From Euryarchaeota archaeon UBA495 (GTDB lineage Archaea > Thermoplasmatota > Poseidoniia > Poseidoniales > Poseidoniaceae): a stretch of 51,206 nt of DNA. The notes below the pieces were generated by a model, which did no database searches, was not told the DNA's origin, and saw only the letters and a list, made by a program, of their open reading frames with translations. Where the stretch lies: assembly GCA_002496845.1 (NCBI GenBank), contig DALQ01000001.1, forward strand, positions 1 to 51,206, written 5' to 3'. Below are positions 1-8,858 of the stretch, in pieces. The position numbers and the translations under genes are program-made. Every line of letters begins with the position of its first letter. The stretch's first letter is position 1.

Positions 1-680
1 CCTCTTTGGTCCGCCAACCGCTCGTCAAACATTCCTCCAAACTTTACCCCAAGTTCTGCGTCGAGTTCCCCAAGTTCCCTCAACGCAGCGACGTAGAACT
101 GGCGTGTGGACTTCTCGTCAAAGGTACGAATCAAAGATTCAAGCGCGTCGTAGTAGACGTGAATGGAATCATGCGACCGGACCATGAGGTCAAGTTGAAT
201 CAGACTTCGGACGTCATTCAGAGTTCGTTGCCGATCTGTACAAGCGGCCACGATGCCTTCAATCGTCATCAAGGCTTCATTTCCACCTTCGCCAAGCACG
301 TCCATCAATGCGGAATCACCAGCATCCTTCCCGGGGCGTTTGGCCTCCACCCGCTCAAGCAAAGAGCGCGCTCTTGGATCGTTTTTCAGCGAAGGAAACG
401 CTTTGACGATTGAAGGGAGTTTCGCGGGGTGTTTGGTTGAGCACGCTCGTAGCGTGGCCAGCTCGACGTCAGCAGCCATACTGGGGAAGCGTTCGAGGAG
501 GCGCGACGCCTCAATCGAAAACTCAAGCAGGGAAGCAGCATCGGTTTCGAGAAGGAGGAGTGCGTCCTTCAACGGCGTTGGACGACTCCTGTGCTCGCTT
601 GCGAGGTGCAGCACAGGGTTGTCACTACGGTTCAACACCCGATTGAGCAAACGCCGTGAAAGAACGTTCAGATGCTTCAC
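1..680 (-). CDS. hypothetical alpha-helical protein, partial (runs off the window start; absent from ORF track)
   Basis: Manual minus-strand translation from GTG 680-678 (VKHLNVLSRRLLNRV...MAADVELATLRAC...HVYYDALESLIRTFDEK...) stays open to position 1. The GTG overlaps the wecB stop in a GTGA junction (677-680). An alternative ATG lies at 479. No family recognised. Confidence 0.45.
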   Translation of the reverse strand, partial: MKHLNVLSRRLLNRVLNRSDNPVLHLASEHRSRPTPLKDALLLLETDAASLLEFSIEASRLLERFPSMAADVELATLRACSTKHPAKLPSIVKAFPSLKNDPRARSLLERVEAKRPGKDAGDSALMDVLGEGGNEALMTIEGIVAACTDRQRTLNDVRSLIQLDLMVRSHDSIHVYYDALESLIRTFDEKSTRQFYVAALRELGELDAELGVKFGGMFDERLADQR

Positions 681-1771
681 CTCAGGTGCTTTCGCAAGGA
701 ATCCACGCACCGTTGAGCCGTCATTCCGTCCCATAGATCGATGCTGATCTCTTGACGAATTGGCCCTTCAAGGACCAAAGCCAGGTCCTCGTCCAATCGC
801 GAAGGAGTGGTCAACACGTTGGTACCTGCTGTGATGGTGATGGGACGTTCTGTGTTTGGACGAAGCGTGAGACAGGGCACGCCAAGCCATGTGGTCTCCT
901 CTTGGATTCCCCCAGAGTCGGTGATCACACATCGGCTCGAAGCCACACAGGACATGAATTCGAGGTAGCCGAGCGGTGGGGTGAGGTGGAGCCCAGAAAA
1001 CTGCTCGATTTCTTCCATGCGGCCAAGCGCTTGGATTCTGGCACGCGTTCGAGGATGAAGAGGCCAAATCATCGGTAGCGTAGTTGCATGATTTAGCAAG
1101 AGGTCAAGCACGTCAGATAACACCGATGGATCGTCAACGTTGCTTGGACGGTGAAGCGTCACCACCGCATATTCGTGAGGAGCCACGCCGTAGATGCTGT
1201 ATTGCTCCATGGCTTGGAAAGAAGGAAGCATGCTAACCAAGGTGTCAATCATGATGTTCCCCACGCGATCGATGCGTTCAGGCGCCACGCCAGCTGCAAG
1301 CAGGTGCTCATCTCCGTCAGGGGATGGTGTCCAAAGCAAGTCAGCCAGCACGTCGGTCACCAAGCGGTTCAACTCCTCCGGCATGCCTCGATCAAAAGAC
1401 CTGAGGCCGGCTTCAAGATGAACGGTGAATATCCCGAGTTTCGCGGCCGCAAGCGTGCACGCCACCGTGCTGTTTACGTCACCAATGACCACGACGGCGC
1501 CTGGCTTTTCCTCCAATAGAATGGCTTCGTAACGCTCCAGAATCCGTGCCGTTTGCACACCATGGCTTGCGCTTCCAACCTCCAAACAGATGTCGGGTTG
1601 GCCCATGGAGAATTGTTCCATGAAAATGCCCGCCATTTCATGGTCGTAATGTTGTCCTGTATCTATGAGCACAGGTTCGAAGTCATCCGAAGACCTCAGT
1701 GCTTTGAGCAGGGGTGCCGCTTTCATTTGGTTGGGACGAGCGCCCACAATGACGTGCACCGTGGTCGCCAT
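677..1771 (-). CDS. wecB: UDP-N-acetylglucosamine 2-epimerase (non-hydrolysing)
   Basis: 364 aa. Collinear by eye with E. coli WecB: VIVGARPNQMKAAPL, HLEAGLRS, VVTLHRPSNVD, ITDSGGIQEETTWLGVPCLTLRPNTERP. Confidence 0.9.
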   Translation of the reverse strand: MATTVHVIVGARPNQMKAAPLLKALRSSDDFEPVLIDTGQHYDHEMAGIFMEQFSMGQPDICLEVGSASHGVQTARILERYEAILLEEKPGAVVVIGDVNSTVACTLAAAKLGIFTVHLEAGLRSFDRGMPEELNRLVTDVLADLLWTPSPDGDEHLLAAGVAPERIDRVGNIMIDTLVSMLPSFQAMEQYSIYGVAPHEYAVVTLHRPSNVDDPSVLSDVLDLLLNHATTLPMIWPLHPRTRARIQALGRMEEIEQFSGLHLTPPLGYLEFMSCVASSRCVITDSGGIQEETTWLGVPCLTLRPNTERPITITAGTNVLTTPSRLDEDLALVLEGPIRQEISIDLWDGMTAQRCVDSLRKHLR

Positions 1772-1860
1772 GGTGATGAAGGCCTCTCCTGCTTTCTATC
1801 AACGTTGTTCCATCAAATTCGCACAAGGGTTCATTGGGACCTTGACGGAGTCTTGGGGGC

Positions 1861-3144
1861 ATGGAGGTTCAGTTCTCGGTCGAAGGCCGTCACCTCGCCC
1901 TCCATTTCATTCCTGACGAGGAGGATTTGCTCCGAGAGGGCACCCAACGAATCGCCAATCTTTCAGCCCACGTCGAATTGGTCAAAAAGGCCGAAATCGG
2001 CGACATCCATCCAGACCATTTGGCCTTAATCGGAATCCTCCTTTCGCACCCTTTTGTCGCCAACCAACTTGAGTTAGGCGTCTCCGTAAGCGAACGTTTC
2101 CGGGAAGGAATCTCCACCATTCGAAGGTATGCGGTTTGCTTTGAGACCCAACGGGTTGAACCCTATGTCGCAACCGAAGGATCGCGCCCGGGATTGGCGT
2201 TCAGCGGAGGCGTGGACTCTGCAGCAGCCCTGCTTCTCATGCCTGAAACGACGGTTCCTGTCTTCCTCGACCGCCCTCAACAAGAATCCAAGCGCACCCT
2301 GTACGACAAATCTGCAGCGTATGCTTGCCTCGACGAAGTCGAACGATTGGGTTGGCACGTCGTCCGCTCGTCGTGTGATCTGGAGTTTCTGCGGTCGCCT
2401 GTTGGATTCCCAACAGACATGGCCACGGCCGTACCGCTGTTGGCCAATGCCAACCTCCTCAACCTTGATTCAACGGCCTACGGCACCATCATGGAATCAG
2501 CGTATAGGGTTGGACATGCCAAATCCAGGCAATACATGACGTCCGCACACCACCGCCTCTGGGGCCCCGCCTTCCATGGTGCGGGACTTCCGCTAAACCT
2601 CCCCGTCGCGGGCCTTTCAGAAGTGATGACAACCAAGATTGTGATGCACTCAGAATTGCATGAGACAGCAAGATCGTGCATTCGAGGCGCTTTCCCGAAG
2701 ACATGTGAGAACTGTTGGAAATGCTTCAGAAAAGCCTTGGTCGAACGCCGGCATCGCGGCTCACGTGTCACAAACAAGGAGATGCAACGATGGATGCAGG
2801 TTCGTGAAGTGCAAGCGAAACTGAGCGCGCATCCAATTTCGCATGAAAACGTACTTGCTTGGGCCCTACAAGGTGACAACATCGAATCTGGAGTGAAAGA
2901 TGAGCTTCTTGCACGAACAGAGGGGCAGATCCGGGACATGGCGCCCTTTGAACGGTGGTTAGGAGGGGCATCTGCGGCTCTCCATGAACCCTATCGTGAA
3001 CACACCATACAGCGAATCGCGTCCTTTTGCACCCCAATGCTCCCAGAGGAAGAACAGGCCCTGATTGCTCATGAGATGAGCAATTGGTTGACGTCCGAGG
3101 CCGCTCAAAGGGCGTTGAAGTCATTCACCGGTGCGTACCTTTGA
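1861..3144 (+). CDS. PP-loop ATP-pyrophosphatase superfamily protein with QueC-like Cys4 cluster (possible sugar-modifying amidotransferase)
   Basis: PP-loop AFSGGVDSAAALLL (SGGVDS = nt 2203-2220). C-x8-C-x2-C-x2-C cluster (SCIRGAFPKTCENCWKC, nt 2677-2724). Unrecognised N-terminal (~110 aa) and C-terminal (~135 aa) extensions. Sits between wecB and a glycosyltransferase. Confidence 0.6.
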   Translation: MEVQFSVEGRHLALHFIPDEEDLLREGTQRIANLSAHVELVKKAEIGDIHPDHLALIGILLSHPFVANQLELGVSVSERFREGISTIRRYAVCFETQRVEPYVATEGSRPGLAFSGGVDSAAALLLMPETTVPVFLDRPQQESKRTLYDKSAAYACLDEVERLGWHVVRSSCDLEFLRSPVGFPTDMATAVPLLANANLLNLDSTAYGTIMESAYRVGHAKSRQYMTSAHHRLWGPAFHGAGLPLNLPVAGLSEVMTTKIVMHSELHETARSCIRGAFPKTCENCWKCFRKALVERRHRGSRVTNKEMQRWMQVREVQAKLSAHPISHENVLAWALQGDNIESGVKDELLARTEGQIRDMAPFERWLGGASAALHEPYREHTIQRIASFCTPMLPEEEQALIAHEMSNWLTSEAAQRALKSFTGAYL

Positions 3145-4461
3145 CCGATTGGTCAACATGGCCACCAATTCTGTTGACCACGGCTCGAATGCATCGGCCA
3201 CGGTGGGCTCTAAGCCCCACAGCGAGGCGAGGCTGCGTTCAAGTCCACTTCTCGTCCGATCCTGATTGACCACAGCCCACCCTTCTTGTTCGCCAACACG
3301 GGTCCGGGCGAGTTGGTCGTCCATCCCAGTGTTCATGTTCGGCAAAAAGAGGGTCGGGATTCGAACCTGCCTGGCCTCATGGAATGAGTTGTACCCACCT
3401 GCTTGAACGAGGGCGTCGAAGGCGTTGAGGTACAGCACGTTTGGATAATCCCGCAGGAGGATGACTCGTTCCATGTTCATTTCTAACCTGGCTCCAAGCA
3501 TCGATTCTCCGAGAACAACCTCGACATCAGGGTCTTCCAACAAGAGGTCCGTGACGGTGCGTATTTCCGAGGTGATGTCGTTGATCCGTCCTGCACCCAA
3601 TTGCACATACACCGCTTTCTTCCCTTCTGAAAGCCCTAACCTGCGCCGCGCCATCGTACGGTCAAACAATTCATCGCGGTGGTGCAACAAGAATGGAGGC
3701 GTGCTCATGATTGGCACGCCGTGGTCTGCTTCGTCGGAAAGAGGGGCGGGCACCGCATCGCCCGGTCGGACGATATGATCGAAGTGCTGGATGCTGTCAA
3801 CAGGGACGCTCGAACCCTCTCGGAACATCCCACGCCGAACCCAAAAGGAGTGCATGGTGGACTCTTCAGCGATTGCATTCAACATACCCCGATACGGGAA
3901 GGCTCCATCGAACACGAAAGCGTGAGGGCGATGGACATCCAGTACGGTACGCAACATGTCTTCCAAGATCCCATTCCATGTGGAGGAAGTCATGTCATCG
4001 TGTTTTCCTCGACCGGCCAAGTGGTATGTTGGGATGTCCTCAGAGTACGGAATGTGAAGGGTCGGCATCGAGGTAAACATCACCACGTCCAATGATGGAT
4101 CGGTTGATTTCAAGCAGCGTGCGAGCGCCAACATACGGGTAAAATGACCAAAACCTACCCCGTTGGTCGGGAAGAGCACGATGGAATGGCGCCGCGGTTG
4201 GAGCGCCGGGGCTTCAAGCGCCCGTGATGCCGCAGGTCGACGACCGAGCCGTTCACGCCCCACATTCAGGACGGCCAAGGGGAAGGTCACAGGGAGCGCA
4301 ATCAATCGCCACGGTTGCTGAACGGCGCGGGTCAAGTGGCGTCCAAGACGAAATGAGGCGGAGGAACGCAACCGTTCACGATCTCGACGAAGACGTTCCA
4401 CTTCTTTGGTCAACGACCGCACGCGTTCCGCTGAGGAACCCGAGGGCTGTGTCGCCATCAT
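3121..4461 (-). CDS. GT-B fold glycosyltransferase (GT28/MurG-like C-terminal half) with N-terminal Arg-rich coiled coil
   Basis: FPTNGVGFGHFTRMLALARCL (G-rich loop of MurG/GT1-like enzymes) and LVQAGGYNSFHEA near the C-terminus. N-terminus is VRSLTKEVERLRRDRERLRSS. Overlaps the previous convergent gene by 24 bp. Confidence 0.65.
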   Translation of the reverse strand: MMATQPSGSSAERVRSLTKEVERLRRDRERLRSSASFRLGRHLTRAVQQPWRLIALPVTFPLAVLNVGRERLGRRPAASRALEAPALQPRRHSIVLFPTNGVGFGHFTRMLALARCLKSTDPSLDVVMFTSMPTLHIPYSEDIPTYHLAGRGKHDDMTSSTWNGILEDMLRTVLDVHRPHAFVFDGAFPYRGMLNAIAEESTMHSFWVRRGMFREGSSVPVDSIQHFDHIVRPGDAVPAPLSDEADHGVPIMSTPPFLLHHRDELFDRTMARRRLGLSEGKKAVYVQLGAGRINDITSEIRTVTDLLLEDPDVEVVLGESMLGARLEMNMERVILLRDYPNVLYLNAFDALVQAGGYNSFHEARQVRIPTLFLPNMNTGMDDQLARTRVGEQEGWAVVNQDRTRSGLERSLASLWGLEPTVADAFEPWSTELVAMLTNRSKVRTGE

Positions 4462-4655
4462 TTCGCTTCAAGCACGGACGCATTTGACGCTTCGGGAGCC
4501 CCATCCACTTCTTCTTTGGTTCCGAAGACGGGTTTGACGTTTGCCAGCGTCCTGGCCTGCGTTGCAGGCAAGACGCATTCTCCAACGCCCGAGGTTCCCC
4601 AATTAAGCAAAACAAGATCCGAGGGCCTTCATCCTCACCCGCACAAGTCTATGGC

Positions 4656-5639
4656 GTGCCTGATGGACGAGAGGTCGTGCGCCTGCTGGTTACGGGGGGA
4701 GGGGGCTTCATCGGAGCCCACACAGCCGAAATCGCTCTCCGGTCCGGCCACGAGGTCACCGTACTGGATGACCTGAGCACGGGACTCGCACACCGTTTTG
4801 CCTCCCTGGCCGATGCGGGCGCTCGCACCGTCCTCGGCGACATCAGGGACCCTGAGGCACGTGCAGACGCGCTCGAAGGGGTCCATGCCGTGGTGCATTT
4901 GGCAGCACAAGGATCGGTTCCCCGCTCCGTGGAAGACCCCGAGGCCACCCTGGACGTGAACGTTCGCGCCACCGATGCCCTGCTTGAGGACATGGCCGAA
5001 CGCGGCCTCACTCGCCTCGTCCTCGCCTCGTCAGCCGCCGTGTACGGTGACCTCGAAAGGGTGCCCCACGTCGAGGACATGGTTGGGGAGCGGCAGTCGC
5101 CTTACGCCGACAGCAAGTGGGCCAACGAGCAAGCCGTTCTTCGGCGTCGTCAAGAGGGGTGGGAGGCCTTGGCCTTGCGTTTCTTCAACGTCTATGGCCC
5201 CGGCCAGCGGAACGATGGGCCCAACACTGGCGTAATCCCCATCTTTGTCTCGCGCATGTGCAACGGGACGGCTCCAACCCTGTACGGCGGAGGGGCACAA
5301 ACGAGGGATTTCGTCCACGTTGACGACGTGGCTCGCTTGTTGGTTGATCTGGCGACGAAGCCATGGAAGGCTCCCCCGAGAAGCGTCTACAACGTGGGCA
5401 CAGGGACACAGACCAGCCTTCTCGACCTCGTCCACACGATTGCCGGCGCCCTTCAGGCACGAGGTGTGGACGGTGAGCATCTCGCACCGCTCATTGGTCC
5501 TGCACGCTCGGGTGACCTCAATCACTCCTTGGCGGACGTCGCGGCCATCGCGTCCGACCTTGGTTGGCAGGCCAAGGTCACCTTGGCGGAAGGACTCGAC
5601 GATTTGGTGGATGCACAGGTGCTGCAAGGACCGAACTAA
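4656..5639 (+). CDS. NAD-dependent nucleotide-sugar epimerase/dehydratase (extended SDR, GalE-like)
   Basis: LLVTGGGGFIGAH Rossmann motif, YADSKWANE (YxxxK catalytic motif), FFNVYGPGQ. GTG start at 4656; an alternative GTG at 4677 gives VRLLVTGGGG. Confidence 0.85.
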   Translation: MPDGREVVRLLVTGGGGFIGAHTAEIALRSGHEVTVLDDLSTGLAHRFASLADAGARTVLGDIRDPEARADALEGVHAVVHLAAQGSVPRSVEDPEATLDVNVRATDALLEDMAERGLTRLVLASSAAVYGDLERVPHVEDMVGERQSPYADSKWANEQAVLRRRQEGWEALALRFFNVYGPGQRNDGPNTGVIPIFVSRMCNGTAPTLYGGGAQTRDFVHVDDVARLLVDLATKPWKAPPRSVYNVGTGTQTSLLDLVHTIAGALQARGVDGEHLAPLIGPARSGDLNHSLADVAAIASDLGWQAKVTLAEGLDDLVDAQVLQGPN

Positions 5640-5640
5640 G

Positions 5641-6621
5641 TCAAGGCTCGGACCTTTGTTGCGCCATGGCGTAGATGGCGGACCAACGTTGGGCAACGTG
5701 TTCCACGCCGTGCTGGGAAACCGAAGCGGCGAGGGCAGAGGGCTCGTGAGGGGCGCTCAAGGTTGATTCGACCGCGTCCGCCCATGAAGCGACCGTGTCC
5801 GAACGAGGCCGGACGACGGTGTCGGGCAAGCCCACCAATCCACCATCGGCGACGACAGACACGCCACAGGCGAGGGCCTCGAGCGCGGCCAACGGTTGCC
5901 CTTCAAACCGAGACGGGAGCAGAAGCACGTCGGTCGCCTGCAAGAGGTGCAGCCGTTCGACGTCCGTCAACCATCCATGCCGCGTCCAACCGTCCCCTTC
6001 CATGGGCTGACCTCCGGTCATGTGGAGGTGCACCTCAGGGTGCTTCGTGCGAATCTGTGCCACCACGTCAACGGCGAAACCACGTCGCTTCACCGGTGCA
6101 TCACGGCCCATGATCAACAACCGGGTTCCGTTCCTCCGGTCCTCATCATCCAATCCATGCAGGGGATTCACCGGATTGGACACGACCTCCACCAAACCGA
6201 CCAACGGCTCAAGCAGGGCTTTCCATGCTTCATCCAGCACCACGACCACGGTGACGTGCGCCTCGATGGCCGAGCGAACACGGGCAGCACGTCCAGGTTT
6301 GGCTTGCAGCCATCGCGCGGTATCGCCGCTGTGCAGGTGGAGCACCACAGGGTGGTGGCACTGGGCCGCAAGGCGCAGTTTGCGGCGAAGCGACCAATCG
6401 CTGGCCGCGTGCAGATGCACCACGGTGGACGCATCTGAAGGCAAGGCGCGAAGAGCGCGTGCTGCCTTCCACGCGGCGAACACCATGCCGAGCGTGCGGT
6501 TGGCATGCGACTGCAGCAGCGAGGCCGTCCATCCTTCAGGCGGGTGTTTGACCAAGGTCCGCATGACGGTGCGGATGCCGCCTGGAGATTCGCACGGCCC
6601 GACATGGATCACGTGCGGCAT
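5641..6621 (-). CDS. glycosyltransferase family 4 (GT-B)
   Basis: SRFEGQPLAALEALACGVSVVA (E-x7-E region of GT4). The ATG at 6621 (MPHVIHVGPCESPGGIRTV) is preferred over the track start at 6702, which would overlap the divergent neighbour. Confidence 0.8.
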   Translation of the reverse strand: MPHVIHVGPCESPGGIRTVMRTLVKHPPEGWTASLLQSHANRTLGMVFAAWKAARALRALPSDASTVVHLHAASDWSLRRKLRLAAQCHHPVVLHLHSGDTARWLQAKPGRAARVRSAIEAHVTVVVVLDEAWKALLEPLVGLVEVVSNPVNPLHGLDDEDRRNGTRLLIMGRDAPVKRRGFAVDVVAQIRTKHPEVHLHMTGGQPMEGDGWTRHGWLTDVERLHLLQATDVLLLPSRFEGQPLAALEALACGVSVVADGGLVGLPDTVVRPRSDTVASWADAVESTLSAPHEPSALAASVSQHGVEHVAQRWSAIYAMAQQRSEP

Positions 6622-6682
6622 GAACAGCCCATGCGAAAGTTGGACATGAGCGCACCGATGGACGGGAAGGGATGAAGGCACC

Positions 6683-7927
6683 GTGCAGAAAGGGCGGCTC
6701 ATGCTTTGGGTGGCCTTGGCCGAGGGGGTTGTTGCTCTCTGGTTTGGCCTGCCCTTCCTTGCTCATCGGCAGCGGTGCGCGGCGGCCATGAAATCGCCAT
6801 GGACGCCGAACACGGAGCCACTGTCACCAGAGGCCATGCCCGAAGTGGTCGTCCTCGTGCCGACATGGAACGAGTCCGGGGTCATCGAACGAAGGCTTGC
6901 CGACCTGGCCGCACAACACATCGAGGGGAGAACGCTGGCAGACGCGGGCGTCCGCTTGGTGCTCATCGATTCTGCCTCCGAGGACGGCACCGCAGATTTG
7001 GCGGAGGCGTGGATGGTCGAACACAGCGAGGCCTTTGCCGGCCATTCGATCTTGCGCATGGAGCGACGGGAGGGGAAAACGGCCGCCGTGCAACGTGCCC
7101 TTGGCCACATTCGTGAACAAACGCCTACGGCCATCGTGGTCATGGTCGACGCCGATGCCCGCTGCTCGCCCGGGGCCTTGGAAGCCCTTGTCCGAGCCAT
7201 GGCCGAGAAGGAACTCGGTGCCGTAGGAGCGCGTCCTGAACGTCACGGCATAACGGCCTTGGAAGCCAGCCACCGCGGCCTCTTCTCGTGGTTGCGTGAA
7301 GCCGAAAGCAGCCTTGGCGCCACCCCCTTCCTTGAGGGGAGCCTGATGGCCTTTCGAGCAGAATTGGTGGACCCTGCCGCTTTGGACCCCACATCAAATG
7401 CAGACGACGCGCAGATCGCCACCATGATTGCTGTTCAGGGATTCAGGACCGCACAACACCCAACGGCTGCCTTCATCGATGACGTGCCCACGACGTGGGG
7501 CACGCGATGGGATCAACGCGTTCGAAGGGGACGTGGTTTGGTGCGTCTGCTTCGTCGGCAACGCCACGTTCGGACCCCCGAAGGATTCGCACAATCGCTG
7601 CGCTTCCAGCGTCATGCGCATTTGCGAGCGCCCTTCTTGCTTCTTGCAGGGTGGCAGCTGGCGGAAATCAGGTGGGGGCTGGGCCTTCGCTCAGGATTGC
7701 TGCCGTGGGAAACGCCCTTGGGTGCCGTGCTGACGGTCTTCGAAAGCATGGCCTTGCTGATGTTGGCCACCGGCTTGATCGAACGACCGTGGTTCAAACC
7801 CTTCCGCGGCCTCTCGACCGTCATTGGTGGGATGATTCCGTTGTGGGGCGCTTGGTGGCGTGAATGGTTTGGCGGTCCAGCGCATCTGTGGACGCCGAAC
7901 GCTGAGGCGCGTCAACGGGAGAAATGA
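6683..7927 (+). CDS. membrane-anchored glycosyltransferase family 2
   Basis: N-terminal TM helix, VVVLVPTWNESGVIERRL, VMVDADA (DxD) and C-terminal TM helices, like processive GT2 enzymes. GTG 6683 or ATG 6701 start. Confidence 0.8.
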   Translation: MQKGRLMLWVALAEGVVALWFGLPFLAHRQRCAAAMKSPWTPNTEPLSPEAMPEVVVLVPTWNESGVIERRLADLAAQHIEGRTLADAGVRLVLIDSASEDGTADLAEAWMVEHSEAFAGHSILRMERREGKTAAVQRALGHIREQTPTAIVVMVDADARCSPGALEALVRAMAEKELGAVGARPERHGITALEASHRGLFSWLREAESSLGATPFLEGSLMAFRAELVDPAALDPTSNADDAQIATMIAVQGFRTAQHPTAAFIDDVPTTWGTRWDQRVRRGRGLVRLLRRQRHVRTPEGFAQSLRFQRHAHLRAPFLLLAGWQLAEIRWGLGLRSGLLPWETPLGAVLTVFESMALLMLATGLIERPWFKPFRGLSTVIGGMIPLWGAWWREWFGGPAHLWTPNAEARQREK

Positions 7928-7939
7928 GGGGGAGGCCCC

Positions 7940-7961
7940 CCCGGGTGCCGCAGCACCCGGG
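7940..7961. terminator. perfect hairpin (9-bp stem CCCGGGTGC, loop CGCA) in the convergent spacer between the GT2 and pilin genes
   Basis: Read directly: cccgggtgc-cgca-gcacccggg. Its function as a terminator is only inferred from position. No oligo-T tract is adjacent. Confidence 0.3.
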
Positions 7962-8020
7962 AGGACGGCCGCGTCCTTCAATGGACGTGGTTTGTAGGGT
8001 GAGAAACCTTCACCAGACGC

Positions 8021-8530
8021 TCACTGAGCGACGGTGGAGGACTCGTCCATGGTGTTGCCTTCGCGCACGTTGGTGATGGTCACCTCGATGCCACAGGTGG
8101 CACCGGCCGTGCAGAGGTCCTGGCCGTTCTCAACGATGGTGACACCGTCGCCGATGGTCCACTCGCTGTCCGTGCTGTCGCCGAACTCGACGAGCTTGCA
8201 GTCGGTGTCGACGCCGTCGCCGGAGTCGCGGTCGCAGGTGATCGGAGCGCCGTTGTTGACGCTGATCTTCACGCTCACAGAGGCCCAGTTAACAGCCGAG
8301 CCCTGCGTCATGGTGACGCGAACCAGGTTGTCGTCGGTGCCGGTGGTGACGTCGCCGCCTGCGTCTTCGGCGTCGAAGACGTACAGGGTCAGGTCGCCGT
8401 CGGTGTTGCCTTCAGCCAGGGAGCTAGCCCAGACGTACAGCACACCAGCGAGCACGACCGTGATCGCGACCATCAGGATGGTAGCGATAACGGGGCTCAC
8501 AGCCTCATCATTTCGGTTTTCATTGTTCAT
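8021..8530 (-). CDS. archaeal type IV pilin-like protein (class III signal peptide, Pilin_N/DUF1628-type N-terminus)
   Basis: MNNENRNDEAVSPVIATILMVAITVVLAGVLYVWASS is the typical archaeal prepilin N-terminus. The mature part is acidic, Thr/Asp/Gly-rich and carries 4 Cys. Confidence 0.85.
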   Translation of the reverse strand: MNNENRNDEAVSPVIATILMVAITVVLAGVLYVWASSLAEGNTDGDLTLYVFDAEDAGGDVTTGTDDNLVRVTMTQGSAVNWASVSVKISVNNGAPITCDRDSGDGVDTDCKLVEFGDSTDSEWTIGDGVTIVENGQDLCTAGATCGIEVTITNVREGNTMDESSTVAQ

Positions 8531-8576
8531 TTTCAGTCCTTCCTGCCCATTACGGGCTCTACTCCCAAATCAACCG

Positions 8577-8589
8577 TCTTATTTGAAGA
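8577..8589 (-). promoter_or_regulatory. putative TATA-box/promoter element upstream of the pilin gene
   Basis: Coding-strand TCTTCAAATAAGA lies ~50 nt upstream of the ATG. It shares the 10-mer TATTTGAAGA (plus strand) with the element upstream of the uS13 operon. It is embedded in the inverted repeat GTCTT-N5-AAGAC. Confidence 0.3.
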
Positions 8590-8858
8590 CTTCGCCTATC
8601 GACTTCGCAAGAGTGCGTCAAAAACGACGTGCTGCGGCATTGTGTTGTGTTATTTTCAATTCGAAGAATGGCCCGCGGGTGGTACAAACCATTTGTGAAC
8701 AGCCTCGCGGCCGGAGTGAGTTGAGGTGAACAGGGCGAGAGCAGACGCAGAGGGGATGGGATGCACTCAACGAAGCCGGTTCACACCTGTTCAAGTGTTC
8801 GTATGCGACCTGCCTTGATAACCCTTACCGGATGGAATCGAGCATCTGAAGGCCGGAT

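Noticed and set aside
6-747. Plus-strand ORFs 6..413 and 253..747 at the window start
   Set aside because: The minus strand is open across the whole region. It is coupled to the wecB stop by a GTGA overlap and translates to a helical, normal-looking protein. The plus ORFs overlap each other and wecB.
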